Made by a program: the position numbers and the translations under genes. Below are positions 10,571-23,129 of a stretch of 64,000 bases of DNA, one piece after another. The DNA is taken from assembly GCF_963921235.1 (NCBI RefSeq), contig NC_086097.1:6634001-6698000 (forward strand), given 5' to 3'. The notes below the pieces were generated by a model, which worked only from the letters and a program-made list of their open reading frames with translations, did not search any database and was not told the DNA's origin. Position 1 is the stretch's first letter; each line of letters starts with the position of its first letter. This stretch comes from Mobula hypostoma (Eukaryota).

Positions 10571-13500
10571 ATCAGGACAGCCTCCTGTACGTCTGGGACA
10601 AGCAGTTGGGACGCCGCTTTTTGGTCGACACCGGAGCGGAGATCAGCGTTTTACCTCCAACGAGTTACGACACCCGCAACAGAGAACCCGGACCCACCCT
10701 AAGGGCCGCTAATGGCAACACAATACGAACCTACGGCACCCGCACGGTGCGGCTACAGTTCAGCTCCAGCCGGTTCACGTGGGACTTCACACTGGCCGCC
10801 GTGGCCCAACCACTCCTGGGAGCGGATTTTCTACAAGCCTACAGCCTGCTGGTCGACCTGCAAGGGAAGCGATTAGTCCATGCCAAGACTTTTCAAACTT
10901 TCTCCCTGGGTGAAGCACAGTTGCCAGCCCCACACCTGGACTCCATCACGCTGTCCGAAAACGAATTCACCAGGGTCCTGGCGGATTTCCCATCAGTACT
11001 GACACCGCAGTTCACGGCAGCCATGCCCAGACACGGAGTACAGCACCACATCCCGACCCAGGGACCACCCCTCCACGCCCGTGCTCGAAGGCTTCCCCCG
11101 GACAAGCTCCGACTGGCGAAGGAGGAGTTCAAGAAGATGGAGGAATTAGGGATCATACGACGGTCTGACAGCCCATGGGCCTCCCCCCTTCACATGGTGC
11201 CCAAGGCAACAGGGGGCTGGAGACCATGCGGTGACTACCGCAGACTGAACAAGGCTACAACGCCAGACCACTACCCTGTGCCGCACATTCAAGACTTCGC
11301 AGCAAACCTACATGGCGCAAGGATCTTTTCCAAGGTAGACCTCGTCCGGGGATACCATCAAATCCCTGTACATCCGGACGACATCCCCAAAACAGTACTT
11401 ATCGCCCCGTTCGGATTTTTTGAATTCCTCCGAATGCCGTTTGGTCTAAAGAATGCCGCACAGACTTTCCAGCGGCTAATGGACGCGGTGGGACGTGACC
11501 TGGACTTTGCATTCATCTATTTGGACGACATCCTCATAGCCAGCAGTAGTCGTCAGGAGCATCTGTCCCACCTCCGCCAGCTCTACTCCCGCCTGAGTGA
11601 ATTCGGCCTTACAATCAATCCAGCCAAATGCCAGTTCGGACTCGACACCATCGACTTCCTGGGCCACAGGATTACTAAAGACGGGGCAACCCCGCTGCCC
11701 GCCAAGGTAGACGCGGTCCGCAATTTCCCCCGACCCAACACAATCAAAGGCCTTCAGGAATTCGTGGGTATGCTAAATTTCTACCACCGTTTCCTCCCCT
11801 CAACAGCCCGAACCATGTGACCCCTGTTCACTCTAATGTCGGGAAAGGGCAAGGACATTACCTGGGACGAAGAGGCCGCAACCGCTTTTGTTAAAACCAA
11901 AGAAACCTTGGCAAACGCCGCAATGCTAGTGCACCCCAGAATGGACGTTCCTACTGCCCTCATGGTGGACGCATCCAACACAGCAGTCGGTGGAGTGCTG
12001 GAACAACTCATCGAGGGTTGCTGGCAACCCCTGGCGTTCTTCAGCAAACACCTATGACCACCTGAACTCAAATACAGTGCTTTCGACCGGAAGCTATTGG
12101 CACTATACCTGGCAATCCGGCATTTCAGGTACTTCTTAGAAGGTAGGCCCTTCACCGCGTTCACAAACCACAAACCGCTTACCTTTGCGTTCATCAAGGT
12201 GTCCGACCCCTGGTCGTCCCGCCAGCAGCGACATCTGTCCTACATCTCTGAGTACACGATGGACATCCGGCATGTCTCTGGAAAGGACAATGTCGTGGCG
12301 GACGCACTATCCAGACCTACCATACAGGCCCTGTCCCAGGGGGTGGACTATGCAGCACTGGCAGAGGCACAGCGGGCAGACACTGAGATCCCCAGTTACA
12401 GGACTGCAGTCTCCGGTTTACAGCTCCAAGACCTCCCCGTAGGCCCAGGTGAGAGGACCCTACTATGTGACGTAGCTACCAGCCAACCCCGCCCCGTCGT
12501 CCCAGCAGCCTGGCGCCGGCGGGTTTTCGAGTCCATTCACAACTTAGCGCACCCCTCCATCAGGACAACCGTCCGGCTGGTCGCCAACAGGTTCGTGTGG
12601 CATGGACTGCGTAAACAGGTCAGTGAATGGGCTAAAACGTGTATGCAGTGCCAAACGGCCAAGGTGCAGCGGCACACCAAGGCTCCGCCGCAGCGGTTCG
12701 AACCCACCCGCTGGAGGTTCGACCACATCCATGTGGATATCGTGGGGCCCCTGCCAGTGTCGTGAGGAGTGCGGTACCTCCTAACGATGATAGACCGGTT
12801 CACCAGATGGCCAGAGGCAGTCCCGCTCACCGACACCACCTCTGAATCCTGCGCCCGAGCACTGATCGCAACCTGGGTAGCCCGCTTCGGGGTACCGGCC
12901 CAAATTACCTCCGACAGGGGCGCCCAGTTCACCTCCAGCCTGTGGTCGGCTATGGCCAGCCTTTTAGGATCTCAGCTACACCACACAACTGCCTACCACC
13001 CACAGTGGAACGGACTAGTGGAGTGCTTCCACCGTCACCTGAAATCGGCTCTCATGGCCCGCCTGGAGGGGCCTAACTGGGTGGACGAGCTTCCCTGGGT
13101 CCTGCTCGGAATCCGCACGGCGCCCAAAGAGGATCTGCACACCTCATCAGCTGAGTTGGCGTACGGCGCACCCCTGGTTGTCCCAGGAGAGTTCATACCA
13201 GCCCCAAGGGGGCAAGAGGAAGAACCCACAGCAGTCCTGGACAGACTACGGGAGAGGCTCGGTAACCTGGCCCCCATCCCCACTTCACAGCACGAACAGA
13301 GCCCGACCTGCGTACCCAAAGAACTGCAGAACTGTAAGTTTCTTTTTGTACGACGGGGCGGACACCGAGCACCGCTACAGCGGCCCTACGAGGGGCCGTT
13401 TAAGGTGATCAGGAACAATGGGTCCACGTTCGTGCTGGACATTGGGGGGAGAGAGGAGGTTTTCATGGTGGACCGACTCAAACCGGCCCATGTGGACTTG

Positions 13501-13610
13501 GCGCAACCGGTCCAGGCTCAGGCACCGCGGCGCAGGGAGACCTCCCAAACAGAGGCCGATCCAGACTGTGGACATTGCGGGGGGTATCGCCGGTTCTGTG
13601 GGGGCGGGGT
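10525..13610 (+). pseudogene. pol: Pol (protease, RT, RNase H, integrase) with three in-frame TGA stops
   Basis: LVDTGA, YLDD, VDAS, H..AH...C..C, HVD..ITSDRG..E, PYEGPF; ORFs 10459, 11836, 12097 and 12769 all share one frame. Confidence 0.93.
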
Positions 13611-13612
13611 TA

Positions 13613-13893
13613 TGTGGCGACCCACTTTCTGGCACTCACGAACCGGCTCACAACAGCGCGCGCAGAGGGCCGGCCCGAAAAAGGGCGCCAGGCCATCTTC
13701 ACCAGCGGGGGGAGAGTCCCGCGCGCGGAAATGGTCTGGGAATATGCATTCCCCACAGCAGTCCTGCCCAGGGAAGGCGGGAACGGGAAGGCTTTAAAGC
13801 AGGCCGCGAAGTTTGAATAAATCTCTTTCATCGCAACTCTAACTCACTGACTCCGTGTGGTTATTCTAGCACTGTGTGTAGCACACCGCTACA
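13613..13893 (+). repeat. 3' LTR (281 bp)
   Basis: Direct repeat of 9523-9808. Confidence 0.95.
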
Positions 13894-14158
13894 CTATTAT
13901 GGATTTATTGAGTATGTCTGCATGATAAATGAATCTCAGGATTGTATATGGTGACATAGAGCATATGTACTTTGATAAGTGTAAATTTACTCTGAACTTT
14001 GATGCAGTAAGTATACTCTCCACCACATATCGATGGAAGTTTGACTTAGTTTTAGATGACATACCAAAATTGTGCAAACATCCAAGAAAGTAGAGGCATT
14101 GCCATGCCTTGTGCAGCTTGCCCCAGAGGACCATTGTTTCATTGGTCAGTATACAGTA

Positions 14159-14829
14159 TGTAGCCCCCCGGCAAGCCTCAGGGTGGCTCAACTCGCTGTC
14201 GTCTAGGGGAAACAGCCCTCGGCCCTGCCAAACTGGGTAATTTAGTTTGTGTGGGTGCTGTGTGATGCACCCCACCCCGCCAAATAACAGACAATGCACC
14301 AGATACGATTAAATGAATTACAGTTTATAGATATTACTGGAACTATATAATTAATAGAGATAAGATATAAAAGGAAAATAAAAATAAAAGGCAGCACACC
14401 TATCAAAGACAGTTGGAGCTCTAGTAACGATCCTCTCTTCACCATTCGATCCCCTCAGACCACCTCGACCTGCTGCCTTGGACCACCCACGGTGGTCGAC
14501 CAGAGGCTCCACACGAGTCTGTCTCTGTCTCTGTCTCCGTCTCCTCTCCTCGCCGAGGACCCTGGACCTCAGACTCCTGTTAACCAGCATCACAGCACCT
14601 TGTCCATTCTCTCTCTCTCCATTGTGCCTTCTGCTCAAATCCCCGTGCATGACAATAACTTACAGACACATTAGAAAGAATAACATCTATCCCAATTGGT
14701 TCGTTTGTCCTCTTATCAATAATATAACCCAAACAAGCTGCTAGCGAGAGAACATTCTCAGCAGATATCATAACAAAGAAGCCATTTTAATTAGCCTGCG
14801 CCGTAACATAAAAGAAGAAACCCCTTACA
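14159..14829 (-). mobile_element. Solo LTR (671 bp)
   Basis: TGTAGCCCC...CCCCTTACA termini; 4-bp TSD AGTA at 14155-14158 and 14830-14833; orientation inferred. Confidence 0.8.
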
Positions 14830-14989
14830 AGTATATATGTTTGAACGACAATAAATTTGAATTTGTGTTTTATTTTTAACATTGACAAGCTGAGATTGTC
14901 AAGTTTTCATAAAACCTGGGGGGTTGAAACTGGTGAAAATCTGGTAAGTGTTTTAGTGGACTGCATTTGAGCCAAAATAAACAGGAGCA

Positions 14990-15245
14990 TTTATTTATTT
15001 GAAGATACACTGTGAAACAGGCCCTTCCTGCCCACTGAGCCACACTGCCCAGCAACCCACTGTTTCAGTCCTAGCCCAATCACAGGATGATTTGCAATCA
15101 CCAGTTAACCTACTAATCAGTATGTCTTTAGAACATGGGAGGAAGCAGTGCACCCAGAGTAATCACACACAGTCATGGGGAGGAATGTTCCAACTCCATA
15201 CAGATGGTGCCAGAATTTTACTTCAATCCACCCCCGAAACCTAAT
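14990..15245 (-). mobile_element. V-SINE/HE1-like SINE
   Basis: Same central domain and CR1-type tail as the other copies in the window. Confidence 0.65.
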
Positions 15246-15339
15246 GCCAGCATGTGTACCTACTTGCATCAATCTTTGGCCTCAAAGTAGGTGTTTCTCA
15301 GCCATGCCATGTAAATCCCAAAGATCCAAATCACTCTCC

Positions 15340-15810
15340 ATTCCTATAAATGCACGAACATGACAGAAAGGTGCAAGGAAAGGGCGAGTAACATCATGAA
15401 GGATCACACCCAGCTTGATCACGGACTGTTTGTCCCGCTCCCATCAGGGAGGAGGCTACATATCATCAACACCAGGACCACCAGGACTGCCAGACTCAAA
15501 AGCAATTACTTTCCCAAGCTGACCAGCACCTCTTACCCTCCTCTCCACACCCCCAACCACCACTACTTTATCATTCCTGTTAGCACCACCTTACCGCAGA
15601 CACTCCCGTGTCTAGTGTCACTTTATGGACATAAAATCAGTCTATGAAAATAAGCTATTTTATGCATTTATATTTATTGTTTTTTAATTATTACTGTATT
15701 TTTCATTTTATTGTGTTTTTGTACCGTATCTGATCCAGTGTAAAAATAATTTCATTCTCTTTTGTGCTTGTGTAAAGGAATTGAAATTAAACAATTTTGA
15801 ATCTTGATAA
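15340..15810 (+). mobile_element. Rex/Babar-type LINE 3' fragment
   Basis: RASNIMKD..HGLFVPLPSGRR..RLKSNYFP plus tail. Confidence 0.72.
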
Positions 15811-16721
15811 CCCTTGGCTGACAGTCTGATTGGCAGTTTTTGCAGAACTCTTGTTAGAGAATTTTCTTTCTGACCCTCCCGCTAAGTATAGCATGTCCTG
15901 TGGGAATGCTCCATTGTCATCTTTTATGAGATGAGTTTGCTTGTAGTATCAACTCCTAAAGCAACAGAACATAGATCAATACTTTTCTTGATTAATATTG
16001 TCATATATTTGACTTCCTCTAATTTAGTCCCCAATTTAAAAAAACAAATTACATGCAGTCTGTACACATTCTTTTTCTTTGCCAGTCTCTTGGGGTTGAA
16101 AATGACTTGTTTTCAACTCTAGTCGTGTGGCTTAGAAGTCCCAAGTGGGATCTGCCGCATCAGCCACAGGGGTGACAGGAGGTACTTGATGGGGTTGTTG
16201 TGGTGTATTCTGGAGATATGGAATATAGTAAATATTAATTTCAACAGCAACCAGTCTTCAGATCAGAATTTGATTGTAGATTGAATTTAAAATGCAGCTC
16301 CAAACAATGGTCTTCCAGGAGCTACATTTTAAAGTAAATTGCAGACCAAGAAACACCCAACTGATCTGATATGTCTGCATTTGAAAGAATGCAATCAGCA
16401 CCCTATTGCATGAATACGACTCAGAGACCATAGTAATTAACATTCACTTTGGGTGTTTTGGTGGGAAGATCCAGAAATTTGAAAAATTTCATGCAATTTA
16501 AAAGAAATATTACAAGGGCATTGTAACTATAAAATTTGTTGTCCTGTGCTATCTCAGGAGAAGGAGAAATATCATTAGCATGACAGGAACAATGAACATG
16601 TGTGACCCACAGAGCAGCTAACATGGCCCACGGAGAGACAGAAGCCCCAAGCAGAGAGGGGAGACAGGGTGAGGTGTGGGAATCATGTCAGGAAGTCCTA
16701 AGGGTAGAGGCCTAGTGCAGC

Positions 16722-17240
16722 CAGGAGCTGTTAGAAGCCATGCGGCTGCCTAAGGAGGTAGCAGTGATTGAGGTAAACACTCACCAGAAAGGGGAGAGTA
16801 AGGAGCAGAAAGGGAATTTCCCCCGGGATCAATAAAGTATGACTATGACTATGACTATGGGAATGAGTGGGCAGCCATCAGTGTGAGAAAGGCAGCCGAA
16901 GAACAAGAAGCAACAGAAATTACAAGAGTACGGGCAGAAACTACAAATGCCAAGTTAGCAAGATTAAATGGAGATGTGAAAGACCACTGTTAACCAGGGT
17001 AACACACGGGGGGATCGAGCAAAAAAGCAGCAACATATTGCTGATCAGAGAGAGCCGGGGAGAAAAGATAGTCCTCCCACAGCCAGGAGACCAAGTCATG
17101 GTAATGGAGCAGGCTGAAAAGACAGGTTTCGCTCGCAGCTGGATAGAACTACAGGTGGCGCTTTGGACAAATAACGCCTGTATTGGTGTACAGTCCTGGT
17201 GATGCAGCCAGTTAGAACATTACACACAGGCTAAACCATA
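16722..17240 (+). mobile_element. Class I (gamma/epsilon-like) endogenous retrovirus pol remnant: RNase H end and integrase C-terminus
   Basis: QELLEAMRLPKEVAVIEVNTHQKGESKEQKGN[insert]EWAAISVRKAA and QPGDQVMV...GFARSW...H.TQAK. Confidence 0.7.
16818..16858 (+). mobile_element. 41-bp LINE tail insertion
   Basis: TTCCCCCGGGATCAATAAAG(TATGAC)n, same tail as 27535-27580; TSD GGGAAT at 16812-16817 and 16859-16864. Confidence 0.8.
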
Positions 17241-17659
17241 TGCCTCACCTTCCTGCTGCCCACACAGACAGAGCAAGAGATCAAGTGTACCTGGTAACAG
17301 TGTCAATACAGAAAACCCAAGTGATGGACAGCAGCCGACTGCATCAAGACTCACAACAAACACAAATGCAGAACACACCAAGAGAGTGCGACCACAAGCT
17401 AGGAACAGCATGTTAAAGTACAATGGTAACTGTACTCTGGAATGAAAGCTGTTTACTAAAGGTAGATATAGCTCAGAGCAGAAAAAGTATTGAGGAAAAT
17501 AGATGGGAAGGGATTCGAGTTACAGCAGAGAACCAACTCCAAGTTACAGCAGAGACGAGTTCCACAACTTCGATGGAATGGCACACTGAGAAAGAGAAAA
17601 ATTACACACAGCATCTGAAGGTAGTCACCCCAATCAGAATGGGGAGTGAATACAAATGA

Positions 17660-17765
17660 GCTGGATCCTAATGAAGGGCCTTGGCCCAAAATGTCAACTC
17701 TCTACTCTTTTCCATAGATGCTGACTGACTTGCTGAGTTCCTCCAGCATTTTGTGTGTGTTACTT
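17660..17765 (+). mobile_element. Penelope-like terminal repeat fragment with degenerate hammerhead core
   Basis: CCTAATGAAGGG..GGCCCAAAATGTC...CATAGATGCTG..TGCTGAGTTCCTCCAGCATT. Confidence 0.65.
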
Positions 17766-18809
17766 TGTGATATACACCAGCTGCTGATACGCCCATCCAC
17801 CACCTGCTCCCATGGCTTCACATGAGGGATGCTACACCTTGTCACATGGTGAACTGCAGGCTAGCGGAGGGAACGAGGACCTCAAACCTGCTTTGCTGGA
17901 GATGTATCTCCACCCCGCCAACTGGCTGCATTCACACATTATCAATAATTCCTTCACTTAGTAGCTAAATGTTCTGCGTACTTGCTTGAAACTGAATTCC
18001 CTCCGTAACTTCGGTTAGTCTATCCAATTGTTTGAACTGTGTGAAGACAGCTGTTTTGTACTCAAAAGGAGAGAAGTCAAAATTAGTGAGAAGATTTCTT
18101 CTCTCATTGGGAAAAGAGATCATGGACAGCTTGGGCTCAAAAGATAAGGCAACAGAATAATTTATAAAGTGAGGGTGAGGGCCAAGGGAGCACTAGTGTG
18201 AGGAAAACAAAATGAGTGTTAGTCAAAGCTGGGGCAGCTGAAAGCTTGCAGCTCTTGAAGTTCGATGAGCTCCCAGTGGAAGTCAAGAGAAGACGAGGCT
18301 GAGAAGAAGAATGACATTGAAATGCTTAAGCTAGAAAGGAGAATCAACTGGAAGCAGTGAGTCGTGGTGAGAAAAGGAATCATGTAAAGTGCACTGGCGG
18401 GAATTTACGCCTTGCAAACAATTTGTTCCCAGGCTTACCACTGTTCAAGAGAGTAATTCTTGACAGCACTGGATATATTTTCTTTGGTTGTTAATGCAGG
18501 CAACAAAGTTTGTCTAAAAGCAAATTGATCATCCTTATTGTCCTTTCAACAGTTGGATGCATGGGATTGGATTCTCTTCTCTTTGGGGATATGAGCCAAC
18601 CTGCGAAAAGGCTATTTGTTTTCAAAGTAATTGTGTCAAATCTGCCAGAAAATGTGATGCAATCAGTTCCCGTCTAAAAGAATTGCTGAATTCTTCCACA
18701 CTTCACGTCAAGACTCCATTGCCACGTACCATCCCAAGTACCTATCCATCACAACAAGATACTTTTAGAGAAGATTTTTAAAGGTAAGGAGGGTAATGGT
18801 GAAATTCCC

Positions 18810-19380
18810 CACAATACCGCCCCCATTCTAACAACATTCTACAGGAGCACCATCGAGATGTCCTGTCTGGCTGCATCACTGTGTGGGGTGGAAACTGCAA
18901 GGTATCGGACCACAAGACCCCACAGAGGATAGTGAAAACTGACGAGAGGACCGCCGGGGTCTCCACCTCTCCCCCTTCCCAATTGCGACATTTACCAGAA
19001 GCGTCATATACAAAGGTTCCAAAGCATTGTTAAGAATCCTAACCACCTATCCCACAATCTCTTTCACACACTACCCTTGGGAAGGAAGTACGTGAGCATC
19101 AGGAACAGGACTGCTAGATCGGGTCACAGCCTTTTCCCTCAGGCTGTGAGAATAATGAATACCCTGTCGCCATCAAGGTCTCATCGCTAGGACAGGAAGC
19201 TGTTTACTGTTTACCTGGGTGACACACAACATGAATTTTGAATTATATTTTATAAACATTTTTGTTCAATATCTTGTTTTATGTGCCGAGTGGGATTTAT
19301 GTTTTGTGGGTACACTGTGGTCTGGAAGAACATCGTTTCATTTGGTTGTATATATGTACAGTCAGATGATAATAAACTTA
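18810..19380 (+). mobile_element. Rex/Babar-type LINE 3' fragment
   Basis: Degenerate TFYRSTI..LSGCITVWGGNC plus tail. Confidence 0.7.
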
Positions 19381-19905
19381 GATTATGAGAACACTCAGTC
19401 CTCTTTTATTGTCATTTTGAAATGCTTACATGCATTAAGAAATGAAACAATGTTTCTCTGGAGTGATATCACAGAAAACAGGACAAACCTGACAGAGCCA
19501 CATAATTATAACATATAGTTACAGCAGTGTAAAACAGTACCATAACTTGATGAAGAACAAACCATGGGCACGGTTAAAAAAAATCTCAAAAGTCCCGGAG
19601 TCGATCGACTCCCAAGACTCTGATAGCAGGCGGCTAAAGGGAGAAACTCCCTGCCATAAACCTCCACCGTCAACTTGCCGATACCTTGGAAGCAGCCGAC
19701 CATAGCCGACACTGAGTCCATCCGTCCGAAAACTTCGGGCCTCTGACCAGCCCCTCCCATACAGCCTCCCGAGTGCCATCCTCTGCCGAGCGCCTTCGAC
19801 CTAGCCCCAGCCGCTGAAACAAGCAAAGCCGAGGATTTCGGGGCCTTCTGCTCCAGAGATTCCGGTTACCACACAGTAGCAGCAGCAGCGAAGCAGGCAT
19901 TTCAG
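19381..19905 (-). mobile_element. Non-autonomous LINE-derived element, family A, 5'-truncated
   Basis: Homologous to 33086-33764 and 39655-40262; TSD AACTTA at 19375-19380 and 19906-19911. Confidence 0.75.
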
Positions 19906-20119
19906 AACTTAACGTTGAACCTGAATTTTCAGATTTAGAATTCCAAAATGTGCAGGGCACATAGCCTTAGATTCTTCCAAGAATTGTCAGCTAAATCATA
20001 GACCATAGAACCATTGAACATAGACCAGTACAGCATTGTAAACAGCCCTTCAGTCCTGGAAGCCAGTGGCAGTATGCAGGGAATTTAAGATCGTCAGGGA
20101 GCAGAGGTGAATATAGTTG

Positions 20120-20935
20120 CTCAAGGTCAAAGTTCAAAGTACATTTATAGAAATTGACATTTGTCTTCTTGGAGGCAGCCACAAAACAAAGAAATACGAT
20201 TGAACCCATTTAAAAAACCCTACACAACAAAGACCATCAAACTCCCAATTGGTGAAAAAATAATAAATCGTGTCAAACAATAAAAAAGTAATCAAAATAC
20301 ACACAGAACATGAACCTCATAGCCGCCAAAGTGAGGCCACAGACATAAAGCCAATTCAGTATTGCAGCTGGTCCTGGAACTCGATGGTTGCAGGCCACAG
20401 CCACGGAGCCAGTTCAATGCTGAGGCAAGCGAAGCTGGTCCTGGAGCCCAATTGTTGCAGGCTACCGCAATGGAGGCAGTTCAGCACAAAGTCAAGTGCT
20501 TATGCTTGCAGGCCACAGCTGCATAGTCAGTTCAGCATGAGGTCAGTAAACTTCACAGAGTAGTCCTTCACCAGTTTGTCCTTCACCTACTGACTTGGCA
20601 CCTTATTCTTTTTAATCTGGCTTGGCGCTTAAATCGGCCAGACATCACTCTTCACTCTTGTGCCTGGGGCCCACTGCTTTAATCCAGCCCGAAATCCTCT
20701 CCAGAAATGGCCACCACAGCCGTCCCTGCATTCCCAAGAGTTCAGTTTGCTGAATCCTTTAGGATTCCACGAAAATGCCAGGATGTACAGACAGTTCAAA
20801 AACACAAATCCCAAAGGGAAATTACAGGCTACAGACTGCAGTGATAGTAGTCCAGAAGAAGTGTAATTTATCGAATAGTTAGCAGTTTTGTTTCCTGCCT
20901 GTAAAGTGTCACTGTGTTTTGCCAGCGCCATCTTT
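20120..20935 (-). mobile_element. Non-autonomous LINE-derived element
   Basis: Minus strand starts AAGATGGCGCTGGC and ends in a TTTGAACTTTGA tail. Confidence 0.55.
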
Positions 20936-20940
20936 ACTTT

Positions 20941-22903
20941 ACCAAGAAAAGGGTGCCTGAGAAGCTGAAAGGTCTGAAGGTAGATAAGTCACCTGCACCA
21001 GATGGATCACACCTCAGGAAACTCAAAGAGGCATTAGTGACGATCTTTCAAAAATCGCCAGATTCAGGCATGGTTCCAGAGGTGTGGAAATTTGCAAATG
21101 TCACTCCACTCTTCAAGCAGGGAAGGCGGCAAAAAAAAACCCCAGAAATTATAGGCCAGTTAGCCTGATTTCAGTGGTTGGAAAAATGCTGGAATCCATT
21201 ATTAAGGATGAACTTTTGGGGCATTTGGAGGTATATGATGAAATAAGCCGAAGTCAGTTTGGTTTCCGAAAGGGGAAATCTTACTTGACAAATCTGTTAG
21301 AAGTTTCCGAGAAAATAACAAGCAGGATTGACAAAGGGGAGTCAGTGGATATTGGTTACTTGGATTTTCAGAATGCTTTTGTTATGGTGCCACACATGAG
21401 GCTGCTTAACAAGTTAAGAACCCATGGTATTACGGGAAAGATACTAATATGGACAGAAGACTGACTTACTGGTAGGAGGCAAAGAGTGAGAAAAAAGGGA
21501 GCCTTTTCCGTTTGGCTGCCGGTGACTAGTGATGTTACGCAGGGATTGATGTTGGGTTCACTTCTTTTCATATTATATGTCAATGATTCATCATCATCAG
21601 CATCATCAGCATCATGTGCCATGCTCTGCCAGAGCCTTGGCGACCACTTTCTTCCACCGCGATCTGTCAGCAGTCAAACCTCTTGCATCTCTGGCGGTGA
21701 GGCTGGTCCACTTCTTGATGTTGTCGATCCAGGTTGTCCTCTGTCTGCCTCGGGAGTGGCTTCCTTCCACTCTGCCTTCAAGCACAGTGCGTTCCAGTGT
21801 GTCATCAGCTCTTGAGATGTGTCCAAATCAGCGAAGTTTCCTTTGGATAACGGTTTCCAGAAGTATTGGTTTCATGCCAATCCTTTCTAGGATGAAATTG
21901 TTCGATTTCCTTTCAATGTATGATACCCTGAGGATCCACCTGTATGTCCACATCTCAAATGCTGTCAATGATTAGATGGTGGAATTGATGTCCTTGTGGG
22001 CTAGTTTGGGTATGATACAACGAAAGGTGCAGGGGGCTGAAAAAGCAGGGAGTCTGCAGAAGGACTTAGACAGATTAGGAGAATGCCTAAGAAGTGATAG
22101 ATGGAATGCAATGTAGGGAGGTGTCTGGTCATGCACTTCAGTGGAAAGAATAAGGGAGTGGATTATTTTCTGAACAGGAAAAAAATTCAGAAATCAGAGG
22201 TGCAAACAGACTTATTGTCCTCATGCAGGATTCCTTAAATGTAAACTATCAGGCTGAGTTTATGTTAAGGAATGCAAATGCAATGTCAGCATTAATTTTG
22301 AGAACAAGGATATAATGCTGAGGTTTTGTAAGGAATTGGTCAGACCACACTTGGGGGGTTGTGAGAAGTTTTAGTCACTTTACCTAAGAGAGGATGCACT
22401 TGAATTAGACAAGATCCAGAGGAGGTTCACATGAACGATCCTGGGAATGAAAGGCATAATATATAAGGAACATTTGGTAGCTCTGGGCCTGTACTTACTG
22501 GAGCTTAGATGAATGAGGGGGAAATGCATTGATACCTATCAAATATTGAAAAGCCTAGATAGAGTGGACATGGAGAGGATATTTCCCCTTTTGGGGAGTC
22601 TAGGACCAGAGGACACAGCCTCAGAACTGAAGGATGTCTCATTAGTAAAGAGATAAGAAGGAATACCTTTAGCTAGAGGGTGGTAAATCTGTGGAATTCG
22701 TTACCACAGGTGGCTGTGGAAGCCATGTCATTGGGTATATTAAAAGCAGTAGGTGATAGATTCTTGGTCAGTCTGAGTGTCAAAGGTTACAAGAAAAGGC
22801 AGGAGAATGGGGTTGAGAGGGAAAATAAATCTGCTATGATGGAATGGCTGAGCTGACTCGATGGGCCAAATGGCGTAATTCTACTCCTAATTCTTAAGGT
22901 CTT
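20941..22903 (+). mobile_element. CR1 LINE, 5'-truncated and decayed
   Basis: LKVDKSP.PDG, NYRPVSL.SVVGKMLE, YLDFQNAF, CR1 3' UTR. Confidence 0.88.
21589..21962 (-). mobile_element. RTE-clade 3' fragment inside CR1
   Basis: AFEMWTYR..RKLR.FGH..LEGRVEG..RGRQRTTWID; (GAT)n tail; 11-bp TSD TGTCAATGATT at 21578-21588 and 21963-21973. Confidence 0.87.
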
Positions 22904-23129
22904 CAGCACGTTGTTCTTTAATGCCTGTTCAACTTCGTTTGATAAATGTACGTGCATGTACTGCATTCAATGCTGCAGTCTAAAGAAAGATATAGTTAGT
23001 AGCACCTCTCGACATCAAGATATCATGAAGTGCAGTGCAAAACCACATGGCGTTGATGTGACACAAGAGTATTCACTTTTGTAATATTGGAAATGTGGAG
23101 ACACATTTCACCTTAATGCCCCACCACTT

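Larger units (their letters stand above)
9523..13893 (+). mobile_element. Full-length Ty3/Gypsy LTR retrotransposon, CsRn1-like
   Basis: Two TG...CA LTRs, 4-bp TSD CTAT (9519-9522, 13894-13897), PBS, G-rich PPT at about 13600-13609, gag-PR-RT-RH-IN order. Confidence 0.96.

Noticed and set aside
9789..10712. 307-aa ORF as intact Gag
   Set aside because: The C-terminal part is out of frame after an indel near 10420-10440; the real knuckle and stop (10550-10552) are in another frame.
18060..18490. Ancient Gypsy gag remnant
   Set aside because: Only a vague coiled-coil and LPLFK resemblance with many stops; not supportable by eye.
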